Virus record (IMG/VR): IMGVR_UViG_3300011423_000019
Span: 1 to 36,364 of that record
DNA length: 36,364 bases
Source: a virus
Taxonomy: Duplodnaviria > Caudoviricetes
Reading direction: 5' to 3' (one strand)
In this document: piece after piece, positions 16,043 to 25,324 of the stretch
Layout: each line of letters opens with the position of its first letter
How positions within the stretch are numbered: the first letter of the stretch is position 1
The notes under the pieces: model-generated
The model's input: only the letters and a program-made list of their open reading frames with translations
The model's database searches: none
What the model was told of the DNA's origin: nothing
Made by a program: the position numbers and the translations under genes

Positions 16043-18450
16043 TACGCCGCGCCTCCTTCCCGGCCGCGCAGCCGGCGCAGCAAGTCGGCAAATGAATACA
16101 GCTTGGTCGTCGCCTCGACCGTGCGCAGCGGCTGCGTGCGCGCCAGTCCGCCGCTGATGGCAATCTCGCTGAAGGTCACGCGCTGGATGCGAAACGTGCC
16201 GCTGATGGGCGGCTGCGTGGTGGTCACGGTAATCAGCCGTCCGACCTGGACGGTCGTGTCCCGCGTCTGGAACTGCAGCGTACGCCGGGGGTCCTTCCGA
16301 TCCGCGAGCAGGGCCTTGGCGTAGTTCACCAGTTCATCGAGCCCCATCCGGCTATCGCTGTAGGGTTCCTCGACGATGCCATCGGCCGCGGTCCCGCCGA
16401 GGCGTGTCCCGAGTGCGGCCTGCGCGGCGGCGTCATCAAGCTCGACGCGAATGACGACCGCGGCACCCGCTTTGACGGCAACCGTGAGTCCGGCCACGCC
16501 GACGAGTCGCGGCTGCACAAAGACTTGCGCACCATAGCGGACGGTCGCCGTCAGCGATCCGACGCCCGTCGCCGGAATGCCCGTCAGCTGCCCTGTCGCC
16601 GCGCCCGTATACGCGACGGGCATCCCCGCGACCCGAACCCACCCCGCGCCGCCGCTGTCGGCGAGAAACGGCGCCACGTCACTCACGGGCAGCGTGGTCG
16701 ATCCCGCAGGCCACTGGCGATTGTCGGTGATCCCCGAGTTGTCGGCCGTCGGCGCATTCGCGCCGAGCGAGGCGTCGGGCGTCTGGTCCAGCCACGTGGT
16801 CTGCGTATTGTTGGCAATCGTCGCGGCGAGTTTGAGTTGCGTGCCGTTCGCGGCCGTGCGGTAAATCTTCCGCTGCTTGACCGATGCGAGCGACGAGCGC
16901 GGAAGATCGACAAGCTCGATGCCATTGAATGCGGGTCCCGGCACGGGGAGTTGATTGTTCACGCTGATCATGTCTACGTCGGGCGGCATAAATCCCGAGT
17001 TGACGGTGTACCACGACTGCCCGTAGTACACGTTTTGCGGCACGTCAATCGACCCCGACGAATAGAACGTGCCCGACGGCCCCGCATTCGCGAGCGTGCG
17101 GTAAATCCACACTTGCCCGTACACGCCCGCGAGATTCACGAGCCCGTCGAGATCAGGAAAATGCCACACCCCCTCGGGCGACGGGGCGTTGTATCCCGTA
17201 TTGAATTCCCACAGCTTGCCGTTGTAGGTGTACGGGCCTATGACGGGGCCGATCTGATAAGTGCCAAAGCGCCACGGAAACACGAGGCGGAAGTAGTAGA
17301 CGCCGCCGACGGTCGGCCCGGGCACCGACCCGGGGATCGTCGAGTGACTCCGCACGGCGCACGCGAGCGGCGGCGTCGGGGTCAGGCCGGTACAGATCGC
17401 CGCACGCGTGGGGCCGACGAGTGACTCACCGAGCGTCGGCGGCGTGCCGCTCTCGTTCACGTACGACACCGCGTACTGATACTGCGCGCCGACGGTAATC
17501 CCATTCGCGCCCAGCGCGGGGTAGAGGTACGACTGCACATATTTCGGGGTCGCGGTCGGCGCATTGCCCGCGCCGACAAGCGCGCCAACCGCGGCGCGGC
17601 CGCGCACTCCGGTATAGGTCAGCCGGAGCGCGCCCCCGACTTCGACGATCCCGCCCGCATCGCTGTACCACGCCGGGTCGTCAACGGGCATCTCGGTCGC
17701 CGCCGCGGGCACATCGGCCGACACTTGTCCACCCCCGCCCCGCGCGATCACCCGCGTGACGATCTGGCTGAGGTCCTCCGTCAACGTCAAATTGCTGGCG
17801 CCGTGCGGCGTGGCGTCGGTGATCGCCTGCGCGGTGAGCGACTGCGTGCGCCCGACGTGCAGGACGCCCGCGTAGTCCTGATACCAGTACGCGCCGACGC
17901 GCTCACAGATGGCCGTGAGGCACGTCGCGACGGTTTCATTGGTGAACGTGAGTTCATCGATCTGCGGGAGGCCCGTCTCGATGTCGTAGCCGGTGAACCC
18001 GTTCCACGCGTTACTGATGAACGCGAGATGTTCGATGATCGCGGTCGCGCTGCTGAATCGGTATTGGTAGAGAATGCGCCGCCGGTTGAGCATCCACGTC
18101 AGGTCAATCGCGCGCAGGTCATAGGCGACGTTCTGCTTCCTCGACTCATACAGGACCGTCGTCTCCAGCACGCGCCCGCCGAGCAGTTGCGACCCGAGCG
18201 CCTGGTCGCTGACATACAGATCGAACCGCTGTCCGGCGACGGGCGTGAACCCGTGCACGCGCACGCTGGCGGTATCCGGCGCGTCGTTGAGCACATGCTG
18301 CACGGCCGCGCCTTCGATGCGGACGTTTTTCGAGCGGTTGACGCCGCCGATGATCGCCAGGGTCAGCGGCTCGGCGTAGTTCAGCCGGAAGGCGTTCAGG
18401 CGCCCGACGTTCAACCGGGCGCAGCCGGGGACGTGGGCGTGCGACGCCAT
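16042..18450 (-). CDS. Large tail tip/hub protein with inserted beta-rich domains (802 aa)
   Basis: Directly after TMP (TGATG coupling); hub-like N-terminus (CLTAICERVGAYWYQDYAGVLH...IVTRVIARG). Confidence 0.75.
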   Translation of the reverse strand: MASHAHVPGCARLNVGRLNAFRLNYAEPLTLAIIGGVNRSKNVRIEGAAVQHVLNDAPDTASVRVHGFTPVAGQRFDLYVSDQALGSQLLGGRVLETTVLYESRKQNVAYDLRAIDLTWMLNRRRILYQYRFSSATAIIEHLAFISNAWNGFTGYDIETGLPQIDELTFTNETVATCLTAICERVGAYWYQDYAGVLHVGRTQSLTAQAITDATPHGASNLTLTEDLSQIVTRVIARGGGGQVSADVPAAATEMPVDDPAWYSDAGGIVEVGGALRLTYTGVRGRAAVGALVGAGNAPTATPKYVQSYLYPALGANGITVGAQYQYAVSYVNESGTPPTLGESLVGPTRAAICTGLTPTPPLACAVRSHSTIPGSVPGPTVGGVYYFRLVFPWRFGTYQIGPVIGPYTYNGKLWEFNTGYNAPSPEGVWHFPDLDGLVNLAGVYGQVWIYRTLANAGPSGTFYSSGSIDVPQNVYYGQSWYTVNSGFMPPDVDMISVNNQLPVPGPAFNGIELVDLPRSSLASVKQRKIYRTAANGTQLKLAATIANNTQTTWLDQTPDASLGANAPTADNSGITDNRQWPAGSTTLPVSDVAPFLADSGGAGWVRVAGMPVAYTGAATGQLTGIPATGVGSLTATVRYGAQVFVQPRLVGVAGLTVAVKAGAAVVIRVELDDAAAQAALGTRLGGTAADGIVEEPYSDSRMGLDELVNYAKALLADRKDPRRTLQFQTRDTTVQVGRLITVTTTQPPISGTFRIQRVTFSEIAISGGLARTQPLRTVEATTKLYSFADLLRRLRGREGGAA

Positions 18451-20165
18451 CAGAAGCGGACCCCGTTGCGCCGCATTTCGGTCACCAATTTTTCGGCGAT
18501 ATCCTGGGCCTCGGTGCTGTTGACATTGACGGTCAGGGCCCGGCCGAACTCGCCGGAGGAGGTCGGCATCACGCCCGCCGCCTTGATCCGGGAGAACTGA
18601 TACCCGCCCATGGCCGTCTGCATCCCGGTCGCGACCCCGGTCTCGCGGTAGGCGTCCATGAGCGCCATCCCCGCCTGCATTTGCTGGTGGACACTCAGGG
18701 CAGCGCCAGCCGCCTGGTTCATCGCCACCGTCAGCTGCTGGGTCTCCTCTTTCGCGGCTTGGAGCGGCGGCTTGATCTGCTGCGCCTCGTCGACCATCCG
18801 CTGCGTTTCCGCTTCGTACGCCTTCGCGGCCTCGGTCATCCGCTTCGTGTCGGCGACGATAGCGTCGGCGGTGATGGTGACTTTCTCGCCGACGTTGGCC
18901 CATTCCGCGCCCAGGCCCGTCGTGATCTTGAGATGCGTCTTCAACTCGTCCGAGGCGGCTTTGACCTGCTGCGTGGTGAGCCCGTAGGCCGTCGCCACCG
19001 TTGATTGGGAGGCCCCGAGCTCGAGGTCGGCTTGCACCGCCTTCAGCGTCTCGGCGCTCATACTGGCGAGGTTGCCGCCGTACCCCAAGCGGACCTGCTT
19101 CAATTCGGCCTCGGCCGCCGCCAGCGCCTTGGCGGCCGCTTCGTGGTCGCGCTTGGCCGCCGCCTCGGTCCGCTCGCGGGCGGCGCGTTCGGCGGGCGTC
19201 TCTTTCGGGGCCCCGCCGCCGCTGCTGGCGACGGCGGCGTCCGCCGCGATCACGTCGGCGGCGGTCTGCTTCGCGGCCGTGCGGATCTCGGTCATCTGCT
19301 GCAGGAAGATCGCGGTCGTCGGACTCGCGGCCCACATTTGGATCGTCTTGAGCAGGCCTTGGTCCGCGATCTGCTCACCGGCCAGAAGGATGCCCCCCGC
19401 GGCCCCGATGGCGGCGGTCTTGGCGGTCGTGGCCCAGCGGTCGATCGCGTCCCCGGCGGCATCCAGCGCCGCAATCTGCGCGGCACTGGACACGGCGGCC
19501 GCCTCGCCGACCGCGCGCATGTCGCTGGCCAGCGTCGGCAGAATCTTCGCGCCTGACTCCCCGAACAGTTCGACGGCCGCCTGCGCCCGCTCGGTCGGAT
19601 CCGCAATGCCCCGCAGCGCGTCGGAGACTTGCAGGATTTGGTCGTAGGGCTTCGCGGCGGCGAACTGCTGAAACTCGAGGCCGAGGGCCTCGACCGCCTT
19701 CTGCCCCTTTTCGGTATCCAGCGACGCCTGCATCTTGCTCGCGGCGGCGGTGATTTGATCGAGGGTGTTCCCCGCCTGCCCGGCGGTATACGACAGCTGC
19801 TGGACCTGCTCGACCGTCATCCCGGTCTGATCGGAGAGCCGGGTGATCTCGTCGGCGCTGCGGAGAATCTCCTTCCCAAAGCCGATGACCGCCTCGACGC
19901 TGAACGCGACACCGAACGCGCCGGCCAGCGACCGCATCGTGCCGATCATCTGGTTCGCCGACCCGTCGACCTTCGCCATCTCGGTGCCGGTCTTCGAGAC
20001 GCTGTCCGACACTTTGCCCGAGGACGCCGACGTGGTCATCTCGTCGAGCGCCGCCTCGGTCTTTTTGGCTTGCGCCTGAATCTGCTCCAGGCCGGCGTCG
20101 GCCTTCTGGCACTCGCCGACGAACTCGGCGAAGTCCGCATCAATGGTGCCGCCCAGACTAGCCAT
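18450..20165 (-). CDS. Tape measure protein (571 aa)
   Basis: Ala-rich helical sequence; LSDQTGMTVEQVQQL, AAVELFGESG; position after chaperone. Confidence 0.88.
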   Translation of the reverse strand: MASLGGTIDADFAEFVGECQKADAGLEQIQAQAKKTEAALDEMTTSASSGKVSDSVSKTGTEMAKVDGSANQMIGTMRSLAGAFGVAFSVEAVIGFGKEILRSADEITRLSDQTGMTVEQVQQLSYTAGQAGNTLDQITAAASKMQASLDTEKGQKAVEALGLEFQQFAAAKPYDQILQVSDALRGIADPTERAQAAVELFGESGAKILPTLASDMRAVGEAAAVSSAAQIAALDAAGDAIDRWATTAKTAAIGAAGGILLAGEQIADQGLLKTIQMWAASPTTAIFLQQMTEIRTAAKQTAADVIAADAAVASSGGGAPKETPAERAARERTEAAAKRDHEAAAKALAAAEAELKQVRLGYGGNLASMSAETLKAVQADLELGASQSTVATAYGLTTQQVKAASDELKTHLKITTGLGAEWANVGEKVTITADAIVADTKRMTEAAKAYEAETQRMVDEAQQIKPPLQAAKEETQQLTVAMNQAAGAALSVHQQMQAGMALMDAYRETGVATGMQTAMGGYQFSRIKAAGVMPTSSGEFGRALTVNVNSTEAQDIAEKLVTEMRRNGVRF

Positions 20166-20168
20166 CGA

Positions 20169-20683
20169 TCACTCCCGCGCCGCAGGGCGGCGCAGTTCGT
20201 CGGTCAGAATCGCGTAGACGTGCTCGGGCAACTGCTGCACGACATCCCAGCTCAAGCCGCTGGCGCGGCAGACGGCAAGGTCTCGGGCAATGACGCGCCG
20301 GACGAGTGCGTTTTTTTTTGCTCCTCCGCGGCGGCGGTCACGGCTTTGGCGTGTGCTTCCACGGCGCGCTTGACCTCGCCGGCGACCCACTGCCGCAGAT
20401 TCGTCAGCACGTCCTGCACCTGGTCAGGTTTCAGGCCGCGAATCTCGATCCGCTGGCCTCGCTGATCGGTCAGCGTCCAGTCCACGAGATACGCGAGGAT
20501 TAACGCGTCGCCCGTGCGCAGGGCGTCGACCCGCAGGGTGCCCTCGTCCGTCTCGTGGTACATGCGCGCGAGCATCGCGGTGTGTTGCCCGTGGTTCAAC
20601 TCTTCGCGCACCGTGATCGTCCACCCGCCGATGGGCAGCGGCAGCACGACGGTGCTCGGGACGACGACAGCGGACAACGACAC
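20169..20683 (-). CDS. Tail assembly chaperone gpG (20252-20683) and -1 frameshift extension gpGT (to 20169)
   Basis: A9 run (T at 20311-20319) in CAA AAA AAA ACG; -1 frame open to 4 nt before TMP start. Confidence 0.85.
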
Positions 20684-20687
20684 GGGA

Positions 20688-20972
20688 TCATCCTTCCGGG
20701 GGAGCCAGGGTTGCCGTGATGGCCCGCCCGTTCAGGCGCACGGTGTTCGGCACGACCTCGAACGTCCAATGCCCGAACGGCCGCATCACGCGCGGCGCCG
20801 CGAAGCGGAGCGGCACCTGCGTGACGCGGTAGGTGTCGACGCGTTCGACCGTCGCCCGGAGGCTCCAGGCCCGTTCGCGCCGCAGCACCACCCACGCGCC
20901 GAGGATCGCGGCCTCGTCGGCTCCCCAGAGCAACGAGCCGCACGGTCCTCGCAGCGTGAGCTTCTTGAACAC
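20688..20972 (-). CDS. Hypothetical tail-module protein
   Basis: Fills gap between tube and chaperone genes. Confidence 0.6.
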   Translation of the reverse strand: MFKKLTLRGPCGSLLWGADEAAILGAWVVLRRERAWSLRATVERVDTYRVTQVPLRFAAPRVMRPFGHWTFEVVPNTVRLNGRAITATLAPPEG

Positions 20973-20987
20973 GCGCCGGCCGCCCGA

Positions 20988-21422
20988 CTACGCGGCGGCT
21001 TCCTCGGGGAACGTCCACGTGCCGGCGGCGAGGATTTGCCCGGTGAGTTCGGGCGCGCCCTCCACGTCGGTATTGATCTCGGCGTCGAGATACGCCTTCC
21101 CCTCCCAGGCGAACGGCGCCCCCGGCGCGCCGCCGTCCAGGTCGGTCGTGTCGGGAATCAGAATCAGGAACCCCGGCACGGCCGCGCGCGCCGCCTGCAC
21201 GAGGGCCATATCCTCGGAGTTCCAGAACCCAGTGAGCGAGCCGCTGATGTCCGGCATCCCGGGCACGTAGACCCGGTTCTGGTCCTGAAAACAGGTGACG
21301 TTGATCTTCTCGGTCTTCATCGAGACGGAGAACGCTTTGATCGAGAGCAGCGTGGCCGCCGTCGCCCCGCCCACGCCCGTGGGATCCCACTTCACTTCGC
21401 CATTGCGACCGCTGTGAATCAT
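20988..21422 (-). CDS. Major tail (tube) protein
   Basis: HSGRNGEV...INVTCFQDQNRVYVPGMPDISGSLTGFW; synteny. Confidence 0.8.
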   Translation of the reverse strand: MIHSGRNGEVKWDPTGVGGATAATLLSIKAFSVSMKTEKINVTCFQDQNRVYVPGMPDISGSLTGFWNSEDMALVQAARAAVPGFLILIPDTTDLDGGAPGAPFAWEGKAYLDAEINTDVEGAPELTGQILAAGTWTFPEEAAA

Positions 21423-21425
21423 GAT

Positions 21426-21866
21426 TCAGCCTCCATGCAACGGCGCCGCGAGGATGCGGTACCGGCCCCCGCGGTGCTGCCACCGAATTGCGTTATCCAC
21501 ATCGTCCACTTCGGTGTCGTCGATGACTTCCGTCCGCGCGATCGAGAGGCACGCATAGCCGACGATCGCGAGCGGCTGGTCCTCGAGCAGCGCATCAATG
21601 CGCGCGGCCGCCTGCCCGGCGGCCGTGCGCGAGGTGCCGAGGATCACCGCCTTCACCGCGTAGAGCGCGTCCTCCGTCGCCCGGCGCTGGCCAGGCGCGG
21701 CCATCTGCCCCGCGTCGAGTGACGAGACCAGGGACACCAGGGCGAACTTCGTCGTGCCCTGGGCGGCCTCGTGCACGTAGACGCCGTCCGGCACGAGGCC
21801 CATGAGCGTCGCGTCGCCACTCAGGCGCGCCACCACCGCCTTGCCGATCTCGCCGGAGTCAGGCAC
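21426..21866 (-). CDS. Tail terminator (DUF3168-like)
   Basis: AVVARLSGDATLMGLVPDGVY...AARIDALL; synteny. Confidence 0.78.
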   Translation of the reverse strand: MPDSGEIGKAVVARLSGDATLMGLVPDGVYVHEAAQGTTKFALVSLVSSLDAGQMAAPGQRRATEDALYAVKAVILGTSRTAAGQAAARIDALLEDQPLAIVGYACLSIARTEVIDDTEVDDVDNAIRWQHRGGRYRILAAPLHGG

Positions 21867-22278
21867 TGCCGGTCACCCGCAGGCCGGCGCGCGCCATGAT
21901 CGGGCCGACGCGCGACCAAAACTCTTTGCGATACCGCACCATCCGCCGAATGAACACATTCCCCGCCGGCATCGAGCCACGGTTGGCGCCGAGCGCCGTG
22001 TGCCGCGCCTGCGACCCGTGTTCGAAGACGCTCGCGAGCGGGTGCGTGTTGACCACCCGCGCGGCCGCCTGCACGGGCGAAGTCGCCACGGTCTCGACCT
22101 GCACGCCGGCCGCGAGTGCGCCGGTGCGCCGCGGATAGCCGGCGCGGATATCCGCAGCGGCCGCCGCGGCGATCGGGTCCGCGGCTTCGGCTTGTGTCGC
22201 CTGCGCGAGATCGCGGGGCAGCGTGCGGAAGGCGCGCCGCTGTTCTTCGAAGCCGCGCAGGACCACACGCGCACTCAT
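21859..22278 (-). CDS. HK97 gp10-like tail completion protein
   Basis: PRRTGALAAG...ASVFEHG...MPAGNVF. Confidence 0.72.
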   Translation of the reverse strand: MSARVVLRGFEEQRRAFRTLPRDLAQATQAEAADPIAAAAAADIRAGYPRRTGALAAGVQVETVATSPVQAAARVVNTHPLASVFEHGSQARHTALGANRGSMPAGNVFIRRMVRYRKEFWSRVGPIMARAGLRVTGSA

Positions 22279-22643
22279 GCGATCACCTCGTCGCAGACCA
22301 GCACCATTTCCGTGCCGCGCTCCTCGCGGTTCGTCACGCCCATCACATTCAGCGTGCGCGCGCGGCCGTCGATATCCACGAACGCCATCGTCGCCCGCGT
22401 CGTGATGCCGGTGAGGTACGGCCCGGTGACGATGTACGACGTGTGCGAGAGCACGGTGCCGGCCGACACGCGCTCGGCATCGGCACCCGTCGCCGGCTGG
22501 ATGCGCACGTAGGCCTCGCCGATCGCCTGGGGGGCGCCCTCGGTGTATCCGCCCTCCCCGTCCGGCACGGACTCCCCGGGGACGCTGAAGTGCGCCAGAT
22601 GCGGCCGCAGGGCGATCGAGGTGCCGGGGGCGATCATCGGCAT
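22275..22643 (-). CDS. Head closure/stopper protein
   Basis: PDGEGGYTE...YVRIQP...TLNVMGVTNREERGTEMVLVCDE. Confidence 0.8.
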   Translation of the reverse strand: MPMIAPGTSIALRPHLAHFSVPGESVPDGEGGYTEGAPQAIGEAYVRIQPATGADAERVSAGTVLSHTSYIVTGPYLTGITTRATMAFVDIDGRARTLNVMGVTNREERGTEMVLVCDEVIA

Positions 22644-23269
22644 CAGGGCACCCAGACGAGGCGATAGCTCGCGATCGCGTCCTCGTACCCCAGCGGGGTC
22701 GGCGTGGCCGTGCCGGTGCTGACGGCATCCCGCCCGGTCGTCACGAAGTGCGCCGTCAGGAGCCCCACGGCCTGCACGAGCAGCGGCGCCGCGGCCTTGA
22801 GCGCCGCGCGATCGGTCCACCCCACCTTGCATTGCGCCACGGCCGCGGTCATCCCCTCGAAGGCGGCCGCGGTCAACTGCGTCACGCCGCCCACGGTGAC
22901 GAGGCCAATCGTGCCCGGCGGCCGCGCCGCTCCGGTCGCGCGCCCCGTCGCCGGATCGATCGGCGTCACGCTGATCACCTCCTGCAACGGCAGCGCGTGC
23001 ATGGGCAACGTCACGAGGCCGGCGGTGATGACGGTGAAGTAGAGATCGCGCGTCTGGGTGAGCAGGGCGAGCCCGGTGTCGCGTTCGACCTGCTGCCGCG
23101 CGGCGGCGATGAAATCGTTCATCAGGGCATCGCGCGGGTCGGCCGGGTCGGTCGTCGGCCACGCGAGGCCGGCGCGCAGCTTCGCCTCGTCGAGCGTGAT
23201 CGGTTCCTCGGTCGGCGGCGTGATGAGCACCGACAGCGAGCCGAGGGGCGTTTGCCAGGGCGCGATCAT
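22643..23269 (-). CDS. Head-tail connector (adaptor)
   Basis: PTEEPITLDEAKL...FIAAARQQVERDTGLALLTQT...QAVGLLTAHF. Confidence 0.85.
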   Translation of the reverse strand: MIAPWQTPLGSLSVLITPPTEEPITLDEAKLRAGLAWPTTDPADPRDALMNDFIAAARQQVERDTGLALLTQTRDLYFTVITAGLVTLPMHALPLQEVISVTPIDPATGRATGAARPPGTIGLVTVGGVTQLTAAAFEGMTAAVAQCKVGWTDRAALKAAAPLLVQAVGLLTAHFVTTGRDAVSTGTATPTPLGYEDAIASYRLVWVP

Positions 23270-23271
23270 GG

Positions 23272-23559
23272 TCACTTCGTCAGGCGCGGCCGCCCGTCGC
23301 GCAGCGCGCCGCGCTTCGTGCCGCGATAGGTCTTCGTGCTCACGGGTTCCTCGGTGCGCGCCGCATTCGGCGCCGCCGGCCGGCCCGCCATGAGGAACGG
23401 TGGCACCACGGGGACGACCACGGTGGTCGGGCCCGCCGCGCCCAGGGGTTGCGTGATCGACTGCGAGGCCGCGACGGTCTCCGCGGTGCACGCGGTAAAG
23501 GGCGTGTCATCCACCGGGCACGGCGGCGGAATCCCGAGGTCTCCGCAGCAGGTCTTCAC
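23272..23559 (-). CDS. Hypothetical head-module protein
   Basis: GTGA overlap; CPVDDTPFTAC. Confidence 0.55.
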   Translation of the reverse strand: MKTCCGDLGIPPPCPVDDTPFTACTAETVAASQSITQPLGAAGPTTVVVPVVPPFLMAGRPAAPNAARTEEPVSTKTYRGTKRGALRDGRPRLTK

Positions 23560-24005
23560 TCGCCGCCCACCACGGTCGCCGTCAGGGTGAAGGTCGCGAC
23601 GTTGCTCTCCTGTCCGGTGAGGGCCCGCACGGCCACCGGGATCGGCATCGCCACGACGGCCGTGACCATGTTGACGCCCGTCGTCAATTCGCCCGCCGAG
23701 ACGAAGGTGGTCGGCTCCGGACTGCCGTTCCAGAGGATCGTGTCGCCGGGCCGAAAATTCGCGCCGGTGACATGCAGCGTGAAGTTGGCCGCGCCGAGGG
23801 CCGCGGTCGGGGGCACCAGCGCGCCGATGCTCGGGGCCGGCGCCGCCGGGTTGATCGCCGCCCCGCGGGTCGCGGTGACGACGGGCGAGGGGAGCACGCC
23901 CCAGATCGCCGCCCCGAGCGACGGCGCGAGCGCCTGCCGCGTCGCGCCGTTCTCCAGGGTGAGCGTCCAGGCAAAGAGGCCGGGCGCCACGTAGGTCGTT
24001 GACAT
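23556..24005 (-). CDS. IPT/TIG (Ig-like) domain protein, probable capsid decoration
   Basis: PSIGALVP...FTLHVTGANF...ILWNG...TTFVSAGELT; GGAG RBS. Confidence 0.75.
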   Translation of the reverse strand: MSTTYVAPGLFAWTLTLENGATRQALAPSLGAAIWGVLPSPVVTATRGAAINPAAPAPSIGALVPPTAALGAANFTLHVTGANFRPGDTILWNGSPEPTTFVSAGELTTGVNMVTAVVAMPIPVAVRALTGQESNVATFTLTATVVGGE

Positions 24006-24023
24006 CACGAGTTCTCCCGTTGC

Positions 24024-24054
24024 GACGGTGGCGGTCCCCGCGGCCGCCACCGTC
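24024..24054 (-). terminator. GC hairpin after major capsid gene (attenuator or mRNA stabiliser; no U-tract)
   Basis: Perfect 11-bp stem GACGGTGGCGG-N9-CCGCCACCGTC, 10 nt after capsid stop. Confidence 0.55.
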
Positions 24055-24063
24055 TGGCCTGGG

Positions 24064-25305
24064 TTACGCGGGTATGCCGAGGCCGGTCACCTCACCGAAC
24101 GCGCCCGGGCGATAGACCGCCAGGGCGAGCCGTTCCTCGGCGCGGATCGCGACGAGGTTCTTGATGAAGAAATCGGCGTGCGAGTTCGAGGCCTCGACGC
24201 GGATCCCGCCCTTGCGGAAGATCTGCGCGCCCTGCTTGTAGGCGCCGACGAACGCCGCGGTCGCCAGCTGCACCGGCGTCACGGCGACGGGCAGGCCCCA
24301 GAGCGTCGGGGTTTGGATGCCACCGCTGAAGGGCCCGCCGCCGATGTAGGCCTTATCCGTGGTCTTCATCAGCGCGGTGACCGCCCAGTCCGCGGGGTTC
24401 ATCGTGATCCCGTCCGGCATCAGGTACGACGTGCCATAGATCGCCATGATCTGCCGGAAGATGGCGTCGGCGTTGGGCTCGGCCGCGCCGCGCACCACGT
24501 CGGCCGCGAGGCCCACGCGCTTCTCGACGCCGAGCAGATGCGGCGCGATGCCGGTCCCGTTCAGCAACTCGTCTTCCTCGGCGAGCTGCACGCCCAGGGT
24601 GAGGCGCGCGTCGATGTAGCTGCGAATCTGCGGCGCGTCCTCCAGCATTTCCTCGGTGACCGGGAGCCAGTGCGCAATCTTGCGCACCGGGTCGGTGACC
24701 GCCTGGAAGGTCAGCGCCGACTCGGGCTTCTGGCCGCCTTCGAGCACCGCCGCCGCCGCGTTGGTGAACAGCGTTTCCTGCATGTAGGCGACCGCGTTGC
24801 TCTCCGTGGTGCCGGGCGCGAACAGGTCCGCGACCATCAGGCGCCGCGTCGGCATCGGGAGAATGCCGCCCTGGTGCTGCGGCAGGATGAGCGCGCCGCC
24901 GCTGGCCGGATCCTCGGTCAGGGTCGCGCCCCAGAACCGCGGCATCAGTTCCGCGCCGGGCGATCGCCACGCCGACTGCGCGCGGTGGCCACCGGCCTTG
25001 ATGAACGCGAAGGCCTCCGACTCGAGGAATTGCTGGCCGAGCGACTTGGTGACGACCGGGCGCCGCGGCGCGTGGTCGGCGAGCATCGCGTTGATCTGCT
25101 CGGTCACGGTCTGGTGCCCTTGCAGGGTTTCGATCTTGTCCTGCAACCCACGGCACTCGCCCGCGATCGCGCGGAGTTCGGTTTCCTCCTGCTCGGTGAA
25201 CTTCCGGTTCTCAGACTCGGCGAGCGTGCCGTACTTCAGGAGCAGCGCCTTGCCCTCGCCGCGCTTGGCGTCGAGGTCGGTGCGGAGCTTCGACAGATTC
25301 AACAT
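24064..25305 (-). CDS. HK97-fold major capsid protein
   Basis: Coiled-coil delta domain; EGGQKPES...VRKIAHWLPVTEEMLED...FIKNLVAIRAEERLALAVYRPGAF. Confidence 0.96.
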   Translation of the reverse strand: MLNLSKLRTDLDAKRGEGKALLLKYGTLAESENRKFTEQEETELRAIAGECRGLQDKIETLQGHQTVTEQINAMLADHAPRRPVVTKSLGQQFLESEAFAFIKAGGHRAQSAWRSPGAELMPRFWGATLTEDPASGGALILPQHQGGILPMPTRRLMVADLFAPGTTESNAVAYMQETLFTNAAAAVLEGGQKPESALTFQAVTDPVRKIAHWLPVTEEMLEDAPQIRSYIDARLTLGVQLAEEDELLNGTGIAPHLLGVEKRVGLAADVVRGAAEPNADAIFRQIMAIYGTSYLMPDGITMNPADWAVTALMKTTDKAYIGGGPFSGGIQTPTLWGLPVAVTPVQLATAAFVGAYKQGAQIFRKGGIRVEASNSHADFFIKNLVAIRAEERLALAVYRPGAFGEVTGLGIPA

Positions 25306-25324
25306 GGTGCGGACTCCCTTTCAA

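Noticed and set aside
15138-17600. Diversity-generating retroelement or invertase-driven tail switching
   Set aside because: No reverse transcriptase or invertase; repeat differences are synonymous rather than adenine-specific, and repeats are direct
16042-19335. 1097-aa tail protein as given in ORF track
   Set aside because: First ~295 aa are an Arg-rich off-frame overlap of the TMP; real start is ATG 18450, coupled to the TMP stop
23556-24066. Frameshift or readthrough fusion of capsid with Ig-like domain
   Set aside because: Not in frame, no slippery site seen, and the downstream gene has its own GGAG RBS after a hairpin
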